The notes beneath the pieces were generated by a model that saw only the letters and a program-made list of their open reading frames with translations, was not told the origin of the DNA and ran no database searches. Below are positions 14,221-27,365 of a DNA stretch of 64,000 nucleotides, piece after piece. Position 1 is the stretch's first letter, and every line of letters starts with the position of its first letter. The DNA is from Adineta vaga. Taxonomy: Eukaryota; Animalia; Rotifera. The translations under genes and the position numbers were made by a program. Where the stretch lies: assembly GCA_021613535.1 (NCBI GenBank), contig CP075495.1, positions 13,578,001 through 13,642,000 of the forward strand. Direction: 5' to 3'.

Positions 14221-15324
14221 TTAAACATTTCGTTTTTTTGTTGCTTGACGTTTATTGTAAAACCATACTCGAATAACATATGAATCATGACCTAACTGTT
14301 CAGATAAAATTGCAATATCTTGTTCTAGAAAAGAATATTCAATATTCGTTCTATAAATATTCTTAAGGTACATACGACTTGGTTTTGGATTTTCAATAAA
14401 TGCTTCTTTGAGATGTTTCAATATCAGCTGCACTAAAAATTGTTCTCTTACGACGACGTCTTCTACCACTGAAGATTCCATAAATCATTATCTGTATTAT
14501 ATTTACTTTGAGATAATACTTACGATGATTTTGGACTCATTTCATCGGCACTAATGCTTGTTACGGATGTTGAAGATTGTGTAGAAAATGATAAAGATGA
14601 TGTTGATTTCGACATTCTATATTTAGTTTGTTGTTCAGTGATCAATGGAAAGACATTTGATGAACTATTCACAATATAAAAGAATATTCAATTGATGTCA
14701 AAAGATTACTATTAATATTTACGATTGATTATAAGTAGTGAAAGAAGCAGGATGTGGAATTGTATCTACTGAGGATGATGATGATGAATTCATGTCCTTT
14801 TCACGACCAATTTTAATTGATCTTCAATGAAAAAATGAATTAAATTTCATCTTTTGAAAATTTTGTTTTCGATTATTTACGAATTTGATGAGAACATAGC
14901 TGCAATAGAACCCTCGAATTGCACAGTCGATTTCATTTGATCAAGATTAAAATTCTCTGAAATATTATTCAATAATGGTAATGTTTGATCATTCATCAGA
15001 CCGAAATTAGTCCCATTCAATGGAATATCTACTAAATGCAAAGATGAGCCAACAATAAAATTCACACTTATCGAAAGTTTTACCTGGATTTAGTTGTTTA
15101 ATTGTAAACCAATCATCATCATCATCATAGTTGATAACTATTTGTTCTTGATTATCATCTAACAATGCTATCTCATCGATCTAGATAAAAAATAAAATAT
15201 TCTGAAAATAATCTATAATCATTTGATTTCTTACAGAACAATCGATTTCAATCTTAAAAAGACAATTTGATTGATAATTTTCTGGAAACATCAATTCTTC
15301 CATTGTAAAACCCAAATCGAACAT
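14221..15324 (-). CDS. Homeobox gene with POU-like homeodomain and no POU-specific domain; 1-bp frameshift as written (pseudogene or sequence error)
   Basis: Seven exons with phase-consistent junctions from ATG 15324. Restored homeodomain RRKRTIFSAADIEHLKEAFIENPKPSQQDIAILSEQLGHDSYVIRVWFYNKRQATKK needs removal of one base at 14416-14418. Confidence 0.8.
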
Positions 15325-15931
15325 GATCTGTTAATTACTTCAATCGATTGAAAACAAGCATGAAAAAAAATCTCATTAGTCGATCGAAAGAGATTTCGAG
15401 AAAACATTTTATCACATGCATATGCGCCTTCTTCTTCTTCTCTTCGATTGTATCGATCAGCTGACTTGATCCTTTGAATATAATCTTGTTATTGACTAAT
15501 TTTTGTTCATATGAAGTTCAAAACATATGTTTGCTATTTTTAACTTTTGATCAATCAGTCTTTGAATAAATCATGATATTTCTTTGAATGTACATTAATG
15601 ATTGAAACCATTCATCATAAACGAAAAACAATTAAATTCTATTGAACAATTTATTCCTAGACGGACATGTTTCCTATCTGACGAATGAACAATTGTACCT
15701 GATTTTATCGATTGTATATATTCAGACCTTCTTTGTTTAATCGAGCAAAAATGAATCAATATTTTTCTACTTATCAAGGCTTTTCTATCAATTATTATTG
15801 ACTCCTACACTTCAATACTTAACTATTACATTTGATTTCTATAAATACAATAGTCGATAAAAGTATTCTTCATAAAGATTGCGACGAATCGTTTTTTTCT
15901 ATTAGTCTAAGAAAACGTATTTATTAAATCA

Positions 15932-16487
15932 ATGATGTTACGTATTTCATTATTAACAACAATCATAAGTTGTTTTTGTATCTCAATGATCATATTCACA
16001 ACAACAAGTGTAAGAAATTTTATTATAAAAGACAAATTTTTCTATTTAAAATTCTTCTATTTCGTTTTTATAGTATGCTTATGTTATTGATTCAAGTGAC
16101 TTAAGAAATAGTCCTTCTGAACAACAATTTGATCTCAATTTACCATTATCATATGATCGCTCTGTACGTGCAACAAAGTTTCCACGTATTGGTCGTTCAT
16201 CAACTGATTTTGATGATATATCTGCTGTTTATGATATCAATCCAGGAGAGATTGATGATATTCATAATAATAATGATGATCGATGGTTTGAACAACGTAG
16301 TGTTCTTTTTCCACGAATTGGTAAACGTGCATTTCATAATTTAATGTTGGCAAATAGTTATTCCAATCCACATCGTATGTTAGATTCGCAAGGTCGATAT
16401 CATACCAATGGTTACGATTATCACATTCATCCCAATCAATATCAATCTATGTATCATCTTCGTGGCAAACGAAATCTTTCCATGTAG
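15932..16487 (+). CDS. Neuropeptide precursor (FPRIamide / PRXamide type), 163 aa, exons 15932-16009 and 16074-16487
   Basis: Hydrophobic N-terminus MMLRISLLTTIISCFCISMIIFTTTSYA; R-ATKFPRI-GR; acidic spacer; R-SVLFPRI-GKR; ...SMYHLR-GKR; phase-0 GT-AG intron. Confidence 0.85.
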
Positions 16488-16656
16488 TTACAAAAAGAAA
16501 TCATTTTATTCGAACAACAAAAAAGAATGATAGACATGCACACACACACACATACATCAATAGCCGATTATTCTAATAAACAAGAAAAAACATAAAAAGA
16601 CACGTTTTTTTTTTCTTTAAAATTCTCATTTGAATCGAAATATTACATATAGAGAT

Positions 16657-18171
16657 TTAAGCTGAAGTTATTCCAGCAGCGAGTGGAACAGTATTTTGTT
16701 CAATTCTTAATTCTTCATAAAACGCTTTTTCTTCAGTATTCTTAATCATTAAACTTAAACGATCATTTTTAACATTTATACTAACAATAAACCAGCCAAG
16801 AATACTGAAAGCTGCTCGAACTGCTGTTAAAATTCGCCATGTGTTCGTATCATTGTTCACAACATTAGCCTAGTTACAAAAACAAAAAGAAATATATTCT
16901 GAGAAGATTATTTGAGAATATTTACTTACAATATATGTATTTGTTGTATTCACAGTTGATGTTACATAAAAAGACATTCGTAGTTGATCTTCAGTTTGCA
17001 TCATTACTAAATTAACTACCATGGCTACAGTATAGAAAATAAAAGCTGGTCCACTATTTTGTGCTGTTATTGTTTGTAATAGTACTGTTCCATTAAATTT
17101 AACAGGATCAATTCTAAGAAGAAAAAGAAAGAGAATGATTTGCATTATATCAAACAATTGAATTACCTATCTAAGACATCAACCATACAAATAGCGAGAA
17201 AAATATAAAATAAAAGATGTGTAATTAATGCAATGGTACGGTAGATTGTAAAAAACGAGGTTGGATTGTCATCAGTAAATACAAATGCAAATACACACAC
17301 CCATAATGCATAACCAGCATTGATTCCATGTATGAAGAGAAAAAATTTTTGAAGAGCACTATGAGTTTGTTTGGCAACTTGAACAGTAAAACGTTTTAAA
17401 ACTTCAGTTGTTTGTTGTTGAAATGTATGATTATCATCATAACCTATTGTAAATGGTGATTGTGCTGTTCGATTACCTATACGTACTGTTGCTGCATCTT
17501 TGTTAACACTTGAAAATTTGTCTGAAGACACAAAGAAATCATGCTAATAAAATATAATAGAAGAAATTACTTTTATCTTCAAAATAAATACGAGGTGTTG
17601 CAGCACTTTTCGATAGAGTATTACCAGCATATGTATTTGATAGTAATAGATCAGGTAAAACTAATTCGTTCGATTTCTTAGATTTTTCTATAATCACTTC
17701 ATCTTCGAAACCTCTTAAAAGTGATGGTTCTTGTTCTAATTGTGATCTATGATTGATTAAGAAAAAGTTCAAGAATCAGTTAGCGATTGTGAATGAAAAA
17801 AAAACCCAAAGATTAATATTACGATGATTTAACACGTCGACGAGCTTTACGACGTTTTGTTGTTTGCCGATCTTCACTTGGATTTGATCGAGGTGGTAAT
17901 GGAAGCTAAAATTATACGATAAAATAGAAAATAAAGAGATGAACAAACTTGATTACATCTTTAACTCCTCGTGGTGAGATACAGTTTCTCGATCATCTGG
18001 TGTCTGTTCACGAGCTGATTGTTGTCGAGCACGTCGTCGTTCTCGAGCAGTTTCTTCTCCTGTCGTTGTACGAGGTGTATCATCACTACTTCCACCAACT
18101 GGATTTGATGATGTTAATTTAGGTAAACGTCGTCTTGAAATTTCGCCTTGACTTGTACTAGTCGTTGCCAT
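16657..18171 (-). CDS. TMEM237: Transmembrane protein 237 (ciliary transition zone)
   Basis: Disordered basic N-terminus, then FFLFIHGINAGYALW, LLFYIFLAICMVDVLDRID and WRILTAVRAAFSILGWFIVS: four TM segments collinear with TMEM237. X-box upstream. Confidence 0.8.
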
Positions 18172-18207
18172 TTCAAATGATTATGATCTTTGATAATCGT
18201 ATCGTTC

Positions 18208-18221
18208 GTTGCCATAGAGAT
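18208..18221 (-). promoter_or_regulatory. RFX X-box
   Basis: ATCTCTATGGCAAC on the minus strand fits RTHNYYWTRRNRAC at 14/14 positions, about 37 bp upstream of the TMEM237 ATG. Confidence 0.7.
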
Positions 18222-18796
18222 ATGTTAATATCGAAGAACGCCATCTAACGTCATGTTTTTCATTGGATGATTAACATCAAATGAAATATGATTATCGATA
18301 CATTACATTAGTACATTTCGTTTGATTTTTTTTCTTCTTCTTCTTCTACGTAGTCTCATCTCATAGAGGAATTTGACGATTTTTATTGGTGAAACTATTG
18401 AATAAATAAATGAGTATTTTACAATAAAACGTACACCTTTCGTTCGTCTAATCATTTGAAAAGAACAATGATTCACTCATCTAGAGCTTTCTCATATGTG
18501 TCCTTCATCATTCCATCAAGAAATCATTTTACGTAATGGAAGCATTTCATTACGTTCTCGAAATAAATTTCTTGACTTCTTATTGATCTATTCAATGAAA
18601 GGTGTAGAGTTTCTCATTCTTTTCCCGCCCTGATATAATCTTAGTCTTTTTTTTCGCTGTGTCTCGACATGTTTGATTCACCATTTCAGTCGACAATCGA
18701 TGTTTTTCCTTTATTAATCACTAACATAGAAAAGTATCAAAGGAAAATCAAACAATCTTATTGATCAATTTGTTTCGGTTTTTTAGATCAATAATT

Positions 18797-21700
18797 ATGT
18801 CGGGCAGTATCATTCGTGAAAAGCCGACATTACTTGGACCTAGTCGTCAGGACAGTGTAAATAGTACGTAAGAGTCAAACAATGACTTTTCCTATAAATT
18901 CAATTTGTTTTTATTTAGATTCTAATTCACCGTTAAAACTATTTACACATGCTAAAACAACAATTACAGATATCTTCAAAAATATTGCATTGTACGTTAA
19001 TGATTCAAACAAATTTCTCGATGGTTTGTTGAACTAATTTGAATTGAAAGGAAAATTTTTTCTTGTATTTCTTTGTAGAAGTGAGCAAATCAGAACGGAA
19101 TTTAATAACGAATGAAAAACATAAAGATATTCAACAATTGAAAGAGAAAGTGAATCGAATTTTAACTATCATATCACGTGATCATATGAAAGTTGTTTTC
19201 TTTGGAAGGTTTGTTAATTGAAATGATTTGTTGTTGTTATTGTTGATGTTGTATTCTGATCGAATTTTTATTGTTTAGAACAAGTAATGGAAAGAGTACA
19301 ACTGTGAATGCGATGTTACGTGAACGTATATTACCAGTTGGTATGGGTCATACAACAAATTGTTTTCTTCAAGTATATTGAATGAGATGAGACGTTATCA
19401 AAGATTTATTTTTCTTTCAAATATAGATTGAAGGAACAGATAAAGCTGAACCTTATGTTCTAACACCGGGTTCAGATGAACCGAAAAGTGTTAGTGTAAG
19501 TATTCGTTTTCTTTTCAGTTCTGATCATAATGTGGAAACGTCTTTTTCTTTTGTAGAGTTTGGGTAATGTTGGTAGTGCTCTATCAAGAGAAAAACTTGA
19601 TTCAGACTCCCTAGTAAAAATCTTATGGCCAAAAGAAAAATGTCGTCTTATTCGAGATGATGTTGTTCTAGTCGATAGGTAAATAAATCATTCTATGAAG
19701 CAGCTTAATTTATCTTTATATTTAGTCCGGGCATTGATGTCTCAGCAAATCTTGATCAATGGATTGAAAATCACTGTCTAGATGCTGATGTCTTTGTACT
19801 TGTTATATCTGCAGAAGCAACGATTACTGTTTCTGTAAGTTTGAATACAATCAAATCGAACCTATGAACCGTATACGAATACATTTATAGGAAAAGAAAT
19901 TTTTACATAACGTTGCACAACGTTTATCCAATCCGAATATTTTTATATTAATGAATCGTTGGGATGCAACTGCAAACGAACCAGAAATGGTTGATTCGGT
20001 AAATTTTGTTTAATAGAAGTTAACTTTATCTATTCTAATGTATGATTCAGGTACGACAACAACATCTTGATCGTGGTTTAGAATTTCTATGCGATGAATT
20101 ACATATATGTGATCGAAAAGAAGCATCCGAACATCGAATGTTTTTTATCTCAGCACGTGAAGCTTTACTGAAACGCAATAAAGATCCCACTAGTTCACCA
20201 CGAACTGGTTTTAGTGAAGGTAAATGAATTATTTCGAATTAAAGAATCAAAACGTTAATCTTTCTTATTGATTATTTAGGACATGAAGAACGTTTTACTG
20301 AATTTAATAATTTTGAACATGAATTTGAAAAATGTATTTCAAAAACAGCTGTTCAAACAAAATTTGAACAACATACAAATCGAGGCAAAGAAATCATTAG
20401 TTTATTATGTGAAACAACATCGAATATTGCAAATCGATCTCAAACATTAAAACAAGAATTCGTTCAAAAATTAACTGAAATGGATGAAAAAAATAACAAA
20501 CTTGAACGAGAATTACGTTCAATGACGGAAACAGCGAAAGATAAGATTAAACATGTATCGGAAGATGTTTATAAACGAGTTGCACAAACATTAAATGATG
20601 AAATTAGACGGTAAGTTTATTTCATACTAATTTACAATAATTACACCTTTCACTCTATTGCAACAAAAATACTACAACTCATTCTTTTCTCTATGTTAAA
20701 GAGTATGACATTTGTAATCATCTGTTAATGTAAAATATATCTCCTATAGACTAGAATTCATATTAATTGATAGATATAGCTGTCGATTAATTTTTACATA
20801 TGTTAGTCCTATCATGCATAAATGTTATGAGTAACAACACCCTCAAGATGGTACTAATTCTCTATAGTGAATTTCAAAGTTAGTCTATCCCAATGGAATT
20901 TCATGATATTGAATTTTATATATTATTAAAATCCAACAATTCAAAGGGGAATCAATTTTTTTTTTCTTTGAATATTTTAGTCTTTATACATTGATCGAAG
21001 AATTTGATCGTCCATTTTCATCTGATCCCGAACAAATTCCACTCTATAAACGAGATTTACATCGTTGGGTTGAAGATCGTCTCGGTTCAAATTTACAAAC
21101 ACGTCTTCATAGTGCATTACATTCATCATTAGATCATGTTCATCGTGAAATTAAAGATCGTGTGAAATCCGTTCTTGCAAATAATGAACGTATAACACTC
21201 GTTGATTCCATCGTACCACGTTCAGATTTTGCTGTTTCATATCGTTTGGATTGTTCTAATCTATGTTCAGATTTTCGTGAAGATATTCAATTTAAATTCT
21301 CATTAGGTTTTACTAGTTTATGGCAAAAATTTGTTCAAAACCAAAAAGAATCGATTACTGGTTCGAAATCGAATCATGAATTAGTTTCACCATCTGCATC
21401 ATCATTACTTAGTTCAACAAATGATTTGTTAACAACAGCGAATAATATATCAGCATTGACAACAAAATCTGGTTTAGTTGCATTAGGTGGTTGTGCATTA
21501 GTATGGCGAAGTGTTGGTTGGAAAGTTTTAGGTGTTGTCGCAGGTATTTATGGTAGTTTATATCTATACGAAAGAGTAATGTGGACAAAAAAAGCACAAG
21601 AACGTGCATTTAAACGACAATATGCTGATTATGCATCATCAAAAATGAAATTAGTTGTTGATATGACATCTGGAAATGCGAGTGCACAAGTTCAACAAGA

Positions 21701-21920
21701 ATTATCGATGTATTTTGCCCAAACCATACGTTATGTTGATATGGAAAAAGATGATTTAACCGATAGTATGAAACAAACTAAAATTGAAATCGATCACTTA
21801 TTAAAATATATCGATAAAGGAAAGAAATTGAAAAAACAAGGCGATCAAATTGATAATGAATTAAGTGATTTTTCCAAACAATATTTATCGTCAGAATCAC
21901 TAGCAAACACAAATGAATAA
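18797..21920 (+). CDS. MFN: Mitofusin (Marf/fzo) dynamin-like GTPase
   Basis: [10 protein letters not shown]; [24 protein letters not shown]...GHTTNCF; DSPGID; DADVFVLV; NRWD; FQEDI-like [12 protein letters not shown]; TM segment then [22 protein letters not shown]. Confidence 0.95.
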
Positions 21921-22523
21921 TATTATCTATCTTTTGTTTCTAACCAAACTATTTCTCTCTTATAGTTGTTTTCTAGATTCGATGTCCTTTCATTATTTCT
22001 CTCTCTGTGTGTATTTCAGCTTGATTCTTTCTATTTTTTTTCAAGATTATATATGTTTATGTTTCAACCCTGTAGCATTTTTCAAGTCATTTTTTTTTCT
22101 TGTCCGTTTGTCGTTTGCATACAGTTTGAAAAAAAGAAAAACTACGAAAAGATTTGAGATACTGTTCTCATGAATGGGAGGAAAAATTCTCTTTCTCTTT
22201 TCGATTACGACACACATTTTCGTTTCTTTGTTTTTCTTTTCTTCCATCGATTTGTCGAGATCAATTATTGTTCTCTGACATTGTAATTTGAAAACAACTC
22301 ATATTAACTTTAGTTTTCGAAAGAGAAAAAGATATACATTGCTATTTGAGGAAGAAAAAAATTGTCTTTACTTTGCAACGAGTTACCCGTTACATAAATT
22401 GACTTCGCTTTGTTGTTGTAATGCTTTTTTTTTTACAGAAGAAAGATGTTCTTCTTCCTACTGAGAGTTTTTTTTTTAAATAATTCAGTTCTTTTTCTTT
22501 TTAGATTAGACTTTACTGCAAAT

Positions 22524-25511
22524 ATGGATTTCGGATCAAAATATATTTATAAATATGCTCATTCAGAGTCAGAATCTGTATCGGATGATGATGGTAATCT
22601 TGGTAATGATGCTGAACCATTATTTATTCCACAGATCAAATCAAGGTAAAAGAAAAAACATAATTACTTTCATAATTTTACAATCTTCAGTAGAGATGAC
22701 ACATCGCATAAAGAACAAAAGCAAGTTGCCATTCCAGCAGATAAATCAATCAAACGAAAACGTTTACGTAAACCAGATACTAATGTTCTTAGTGTTAAAT
22801 TTAATCGTTTATTACAACCAAGTAAACATTTCTTTGTTCTCTTTTCATTGATAACATCATCACTTAATTAGATGAAATGCATGCTGGCGATCCTGTTTAT
22901 TGTACAGAATGTCAAGCAATAGCTTCACATTTAAGTAAGATTCAAATGGGAAAAAAAGAGCAAACCAATGACACTGAATCCAAATGGCATTGTGAATTTT
23001 GTCCATATATAAATACTGTCGATATTGAACAAAATGATTTACCTAAACATGAAGATGCAACATATTTACTTGCGCCTGCTCCAGTTGTTCATGGTTCAGA
23101 TATGAGTGGTATTGATGATTCCATGGTTTTCTTTCTCATTGATATTAGTGGTTCGATGTCATCAACAACATTAGTTCAAGGCGCAATTAATTTACCAAAT
23201 GCATTAAGACAACAAGAACGTGCTGCAGAAGCATTTGGTGGTGCACACATGATTCGAGAACGTCATCAAACATATGTTACTCGTTTACAAGGTGTACAAA
23301 TGGCTGTTGCAGCTAATTTAGATAAACTTGTAAAAGATACACCAACAAAACGTGCTGTTCTATTGACATTTAATCATGAAATCACTTATTATGGTATAGA
23401 AATTCAAGAAGATTTCTTCTTTTTTCTTACAAAATGTAATTTAAATTTTTCGTTTAGGTGATGGTACGAAAAATGAACCTTTAGTTATTCGGGGTGATAA
23501 ATTAAACAATGGTGACGATTTATTACATGAAGCTGAAAGAGAATTAAATAATGAATTGAAACCTGTTGCACAAACTAAAACAAAATTAATTGAACGTGTC
23601 TATGATCTTGAAGAAGGTGGACAAACAGCACTTGGTCCAGCTGTTGTTTTTGCATTGAATATCGCATCGAAACGTCAAGGTTCAAAAATCGTTATTTGTA
23701 CTGATGGTAAGAAAAAAACTTTGAATCTAATTGAAGAAATTTATATCGTTTCATTTGTGAAACAGGCTTGGCTAATCGAGGTTTGGGTAATTTGGAAACA
23801 GCACAAGATGAAAAAATTGATCAAGCTATTAAAATGCAGGCACTTCATGATGGAAATCAATTTTATGCAGCGAGTAAGATTGATAATTTCGTTGATTTAT
23901 TGATTTCTTTTGTCTGTTCTAAGTAACTGAACGTGCTCGAGACAAAGGTGTAAGCATATCGGTAATTACTATCAAAGGTAATATATCATTGATTTATCTA
24001 TTTATCTAATGTCATTCTTAGGTACTTCATGTTTACTTCCCGTTATTGGTCAAATGGTAAAAAACAGAATGATAATTTGTCGTTGTTTTATTCTCTTTCC
24101 ATAAAATCGACTTTGTTTAGGCTGATGGTACTGGTGGTAATGTAACAATAGTAGATTTATTGAATATGCGTGATGAATTTGCTTCAATACTTGAACAAGA
24201 AGTCATTGCAACAAATGTCGAAGCAACATTGGTTGTTCATCGTGGTTTATATATTCGTAATCCTGATGATCCAGAGGAAAAACTTGGTATAATCAAACGT
24301 TCAATTGGAAATGTAACAAAACAGACGGAAGTAACATTCGAATTTGGTGTACGAAATAAACAAGGTTTGTTTTATTTTAATGATAAATTAATAAGAAAAT
24401 TTTTTATTGTTTTTGGTATTTTAGAAGTTAAAGAAAAATATCATATAGATTTAGATAAACTAGATCAATTACCATTTCAAGTTCAAGTTACATATACAGC
24501 TGCAGATGGAAATAAAGCATTGCGTGTTTTAACACAATTAAAAGAGACAACTTCGAATCGAGAAATAGCTGAAGTTAATGCTGTACGAAGTGTTATTGCA
24601 GAAAATCATATTCGTAGTACAGCAAATGATATGATGTAAGTTTGTTTTTATGTTCACTTGTTTTGAACAAATGGGTTTTTTGTTCTTCGATTTTATTAGG
24701 GTAGCAATATCTGATGATGAAGATGCCGATGGAATTTATACACATTCGAAATGGTCAACACCTGTCGTACAAAAACAACGTTTAGCTTATATGGATAATC
24801 TTAATTCTAAAGTACGCTCTCGTGGAATGGATGCACCTGATCGATTTAATGAAAAGTTCGACTATTTATTAAGTTATCATTGATTTTTTTATCGGAATAT
24901 TTCTTTCTTGTAGACGTTGGAATAAAGCAAGTAATGATTTACAATGTCAAGTTATTTCCTCGAGATCTCGTAAAGCAACTTCGTCAAATATGTCAGCGAT
25001 TGCACCACCACCATCAGCATCTAGTGAATCTGTATTCGGTGCAATTGGAAATCGTGTATCACGTCTTTTTTCTGGAAAAAGTAAAGCAGAAGAATCAGAA
25101 AAAGGGGCTATTGTTCCTTCGACGGCATCTCGTGCTCCTGCGAAACGAAGTTATGGTTTTGCTACAACAAATTTAAGTCATTTCTCTGATCAACATTCAG
25201 AAGATCTTTATCGTTATAAAAATATTTCCTCTGATTATATGCGTGAAACAAGTCCGACACGTGAGAATGAAGATGGTGATGATCGACCTACTGCTGAATC
25301 ACATAATAATCGTTTTGCAACGAGACGTACAGAAAAGGAAGATCAACAACCGGCTCGAAGACGACATGTTCCTGAAGTTCAGTCTGATACTCCTTTCAGT
25401 ACTGATCGTTTTACATTACGACAACCCGCTAATGAAAGTAAGGAACAAGAGACAACGTCGAATATCGCAGAAGATCACAATGATGCTGATGATAATCAGA
25501 CACGATTATAA
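22524..25511 (+). CDS. Sec23/24-like Zn finger plus vWA protein (circularly permuted Ras protein 1-like, no Ras domain seen)
   Basis: Starts MDFGSKYIY; GDPVYCTEC...WHCEFC; MIDAS DISGSMS; EEGGQTALGPA; VICTDGLANRGLG; IATNVEATL; LPFQVQVTYT; disordered tail. Confidence 0.78.
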
Positions 25512-25748
25512 GTATTATCTTCTACTAAATATTGAAATGTCTTCTCTATTACAAAACCAAACTGTGATACGAATTTATATTCATTATTTCATATTCGTTT
25601 CTTTTTCGACTTGCTTTTTTTTTTATATAAATTCAATTATTTTAACTGTTCCAAAATAATAAATTAATAATCTTTTATTAGTATATAATAGTTTCATAAT
25701 AAATCACATCAATTTTCCTTTAGATTGATTTTCAAATTTTATTAAATC

Positions 25749-27365
25749 ATGGCAAATCTCGATTTCAATCATACAGGTAACTTAACCTTTTTTATCGTTA
25801 ATAGTTCTCATGATAAGCTCGTCAACGATAGAACATACATTATTCGTATATATCTGAGAGCAATCGAAAATCTATCTTTTATTCTGAATATCAATGCAAT
25901 TTGAGTATGTTTATATAAACATTTCATCCATTAATTGTTAACATCTGTATGTTTATTCTCTGCTGAGATGTAATTACTATCATGGACAGTGAAGATGATG
26001 TCAGAAAAATATTTTCTTCTATCTTTTTAAACACATTATGTATTGTTTTTCTTTTCAGTTGATAATGATGTGAAAATTCTTCTCGATGAAGTTCTTGATC
26101 AAGTACAACTTATGAATATATTTTGTGAGAATGGATCAATTAAACTTGAGCCACGTCATCATAAGAAATTTACAAAGTCTCAAAATCGATCAGCAATATC
26201 AAAACAAAAGAAACGTCGAATTTTTTCAAGTTCAGAAGATGATAGTTCATCGTCATCCGACGAATCTTCTTTCTCAGATAATAAAAAGTAAAATCAAAAC
26301 TTCAAATTTTATGTTTTCTTACTCATTCTTCTTATCATCTTTGTTTAGTGCTTTGATGAATGAAGATTCCGAATCCGAATCCGATGAACAAAAAGTTCTT
26401 CGCAATCGTCATGGTGTACGTACACGTAATGAACTTGCTATTGATGATCTTCCACCCATTGAAAATCTTACAATAACATTGAGTGACGAAACACCTATTC
26501 AACGAATTGGATATATTCGTCATATTATTGATGGAAAATTAATTATTATTGAATCATTATTACACTCACCAGCATTGAATGATGATAGTGTTCTTTTCAA
26601 TAGTAATCGTCGTTCAATTGGTCTAATATTTGAAACATTTGGACCTGTTGAAAGACCTTATTATTCTATACGTTATAATGATATGAATAGTATTCATCAA
26701 CGTCAAATTGAATTAAATCAGGAAGTATTTTATGCGCCAAAAGAAACAACTTATACTAAATATGTTTTCGTTCAAGAATTAAGAGCATTAAAAGGTTCGG
26801 ATGCATCATGGGAAGATGATAATGAACCGCCAAGATTTGCTTTGGATTATAGCGATGATGAACAAGAACGTGCTGCGAAGGCTGTATTAAGAGGAAAAAG
26901 AAATCTTGAAGATAATACCAATGAATCAACTGCAGATGTTCTATCACCCCTACCGACAACAACAATTAATCATACTAATGTGTACATAATATTTCTTTTC
27001 ATAGAAAACTAATTTGATAATTCATTGTTGTATTTTCTAGATTTTCATCGAATTTCGCCAATTCGGAACGTAGTCGCGGACGCGGTCATCATCGTGGTGG
27101 CCGTATTGGTAATAATGACAATCGACCTCCACCAAATCTACCGAATTGGTTTCAAAATACTTCAAATACTAGTTCATTTCAATCACGTTCTGCTACACCA
27201 TCGCAAACATTTTGGCAAAATCCTCCTGATTCAACTACAAATTCGAATCCATTTACATCCTTTAATGTAATGAATTCTAATACAAATAATTCCAATGAAC
27301 GATCAACACAGGCATCATCCTTTCAGGGATCTACATCTACACATAGTGCTTTTCCATGGATGTAA
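25749..27365 (+). CDS. NAF1: H/ACA ribonucleoprotein assembly factor NAF1
   Basis: Gar1/Naf1 domain LNDDSVLF...IGLIFETFGPVERPYYSIRY, then KGSDASWEDDNEPP...DYSDDEQER. Acidic Ser-rich N-terminus. First exon 25749-25776 has a phase-1 donor matching the next exon. Confidence 0.9.

Noticed and set aside
25982-25999. ATG GAC AGT GAA GAT GAT as the NAF1 first exon
   Set aside because: Its donor is phase 0 while the next exon needs phase 1; 25749-25776 fits instead.
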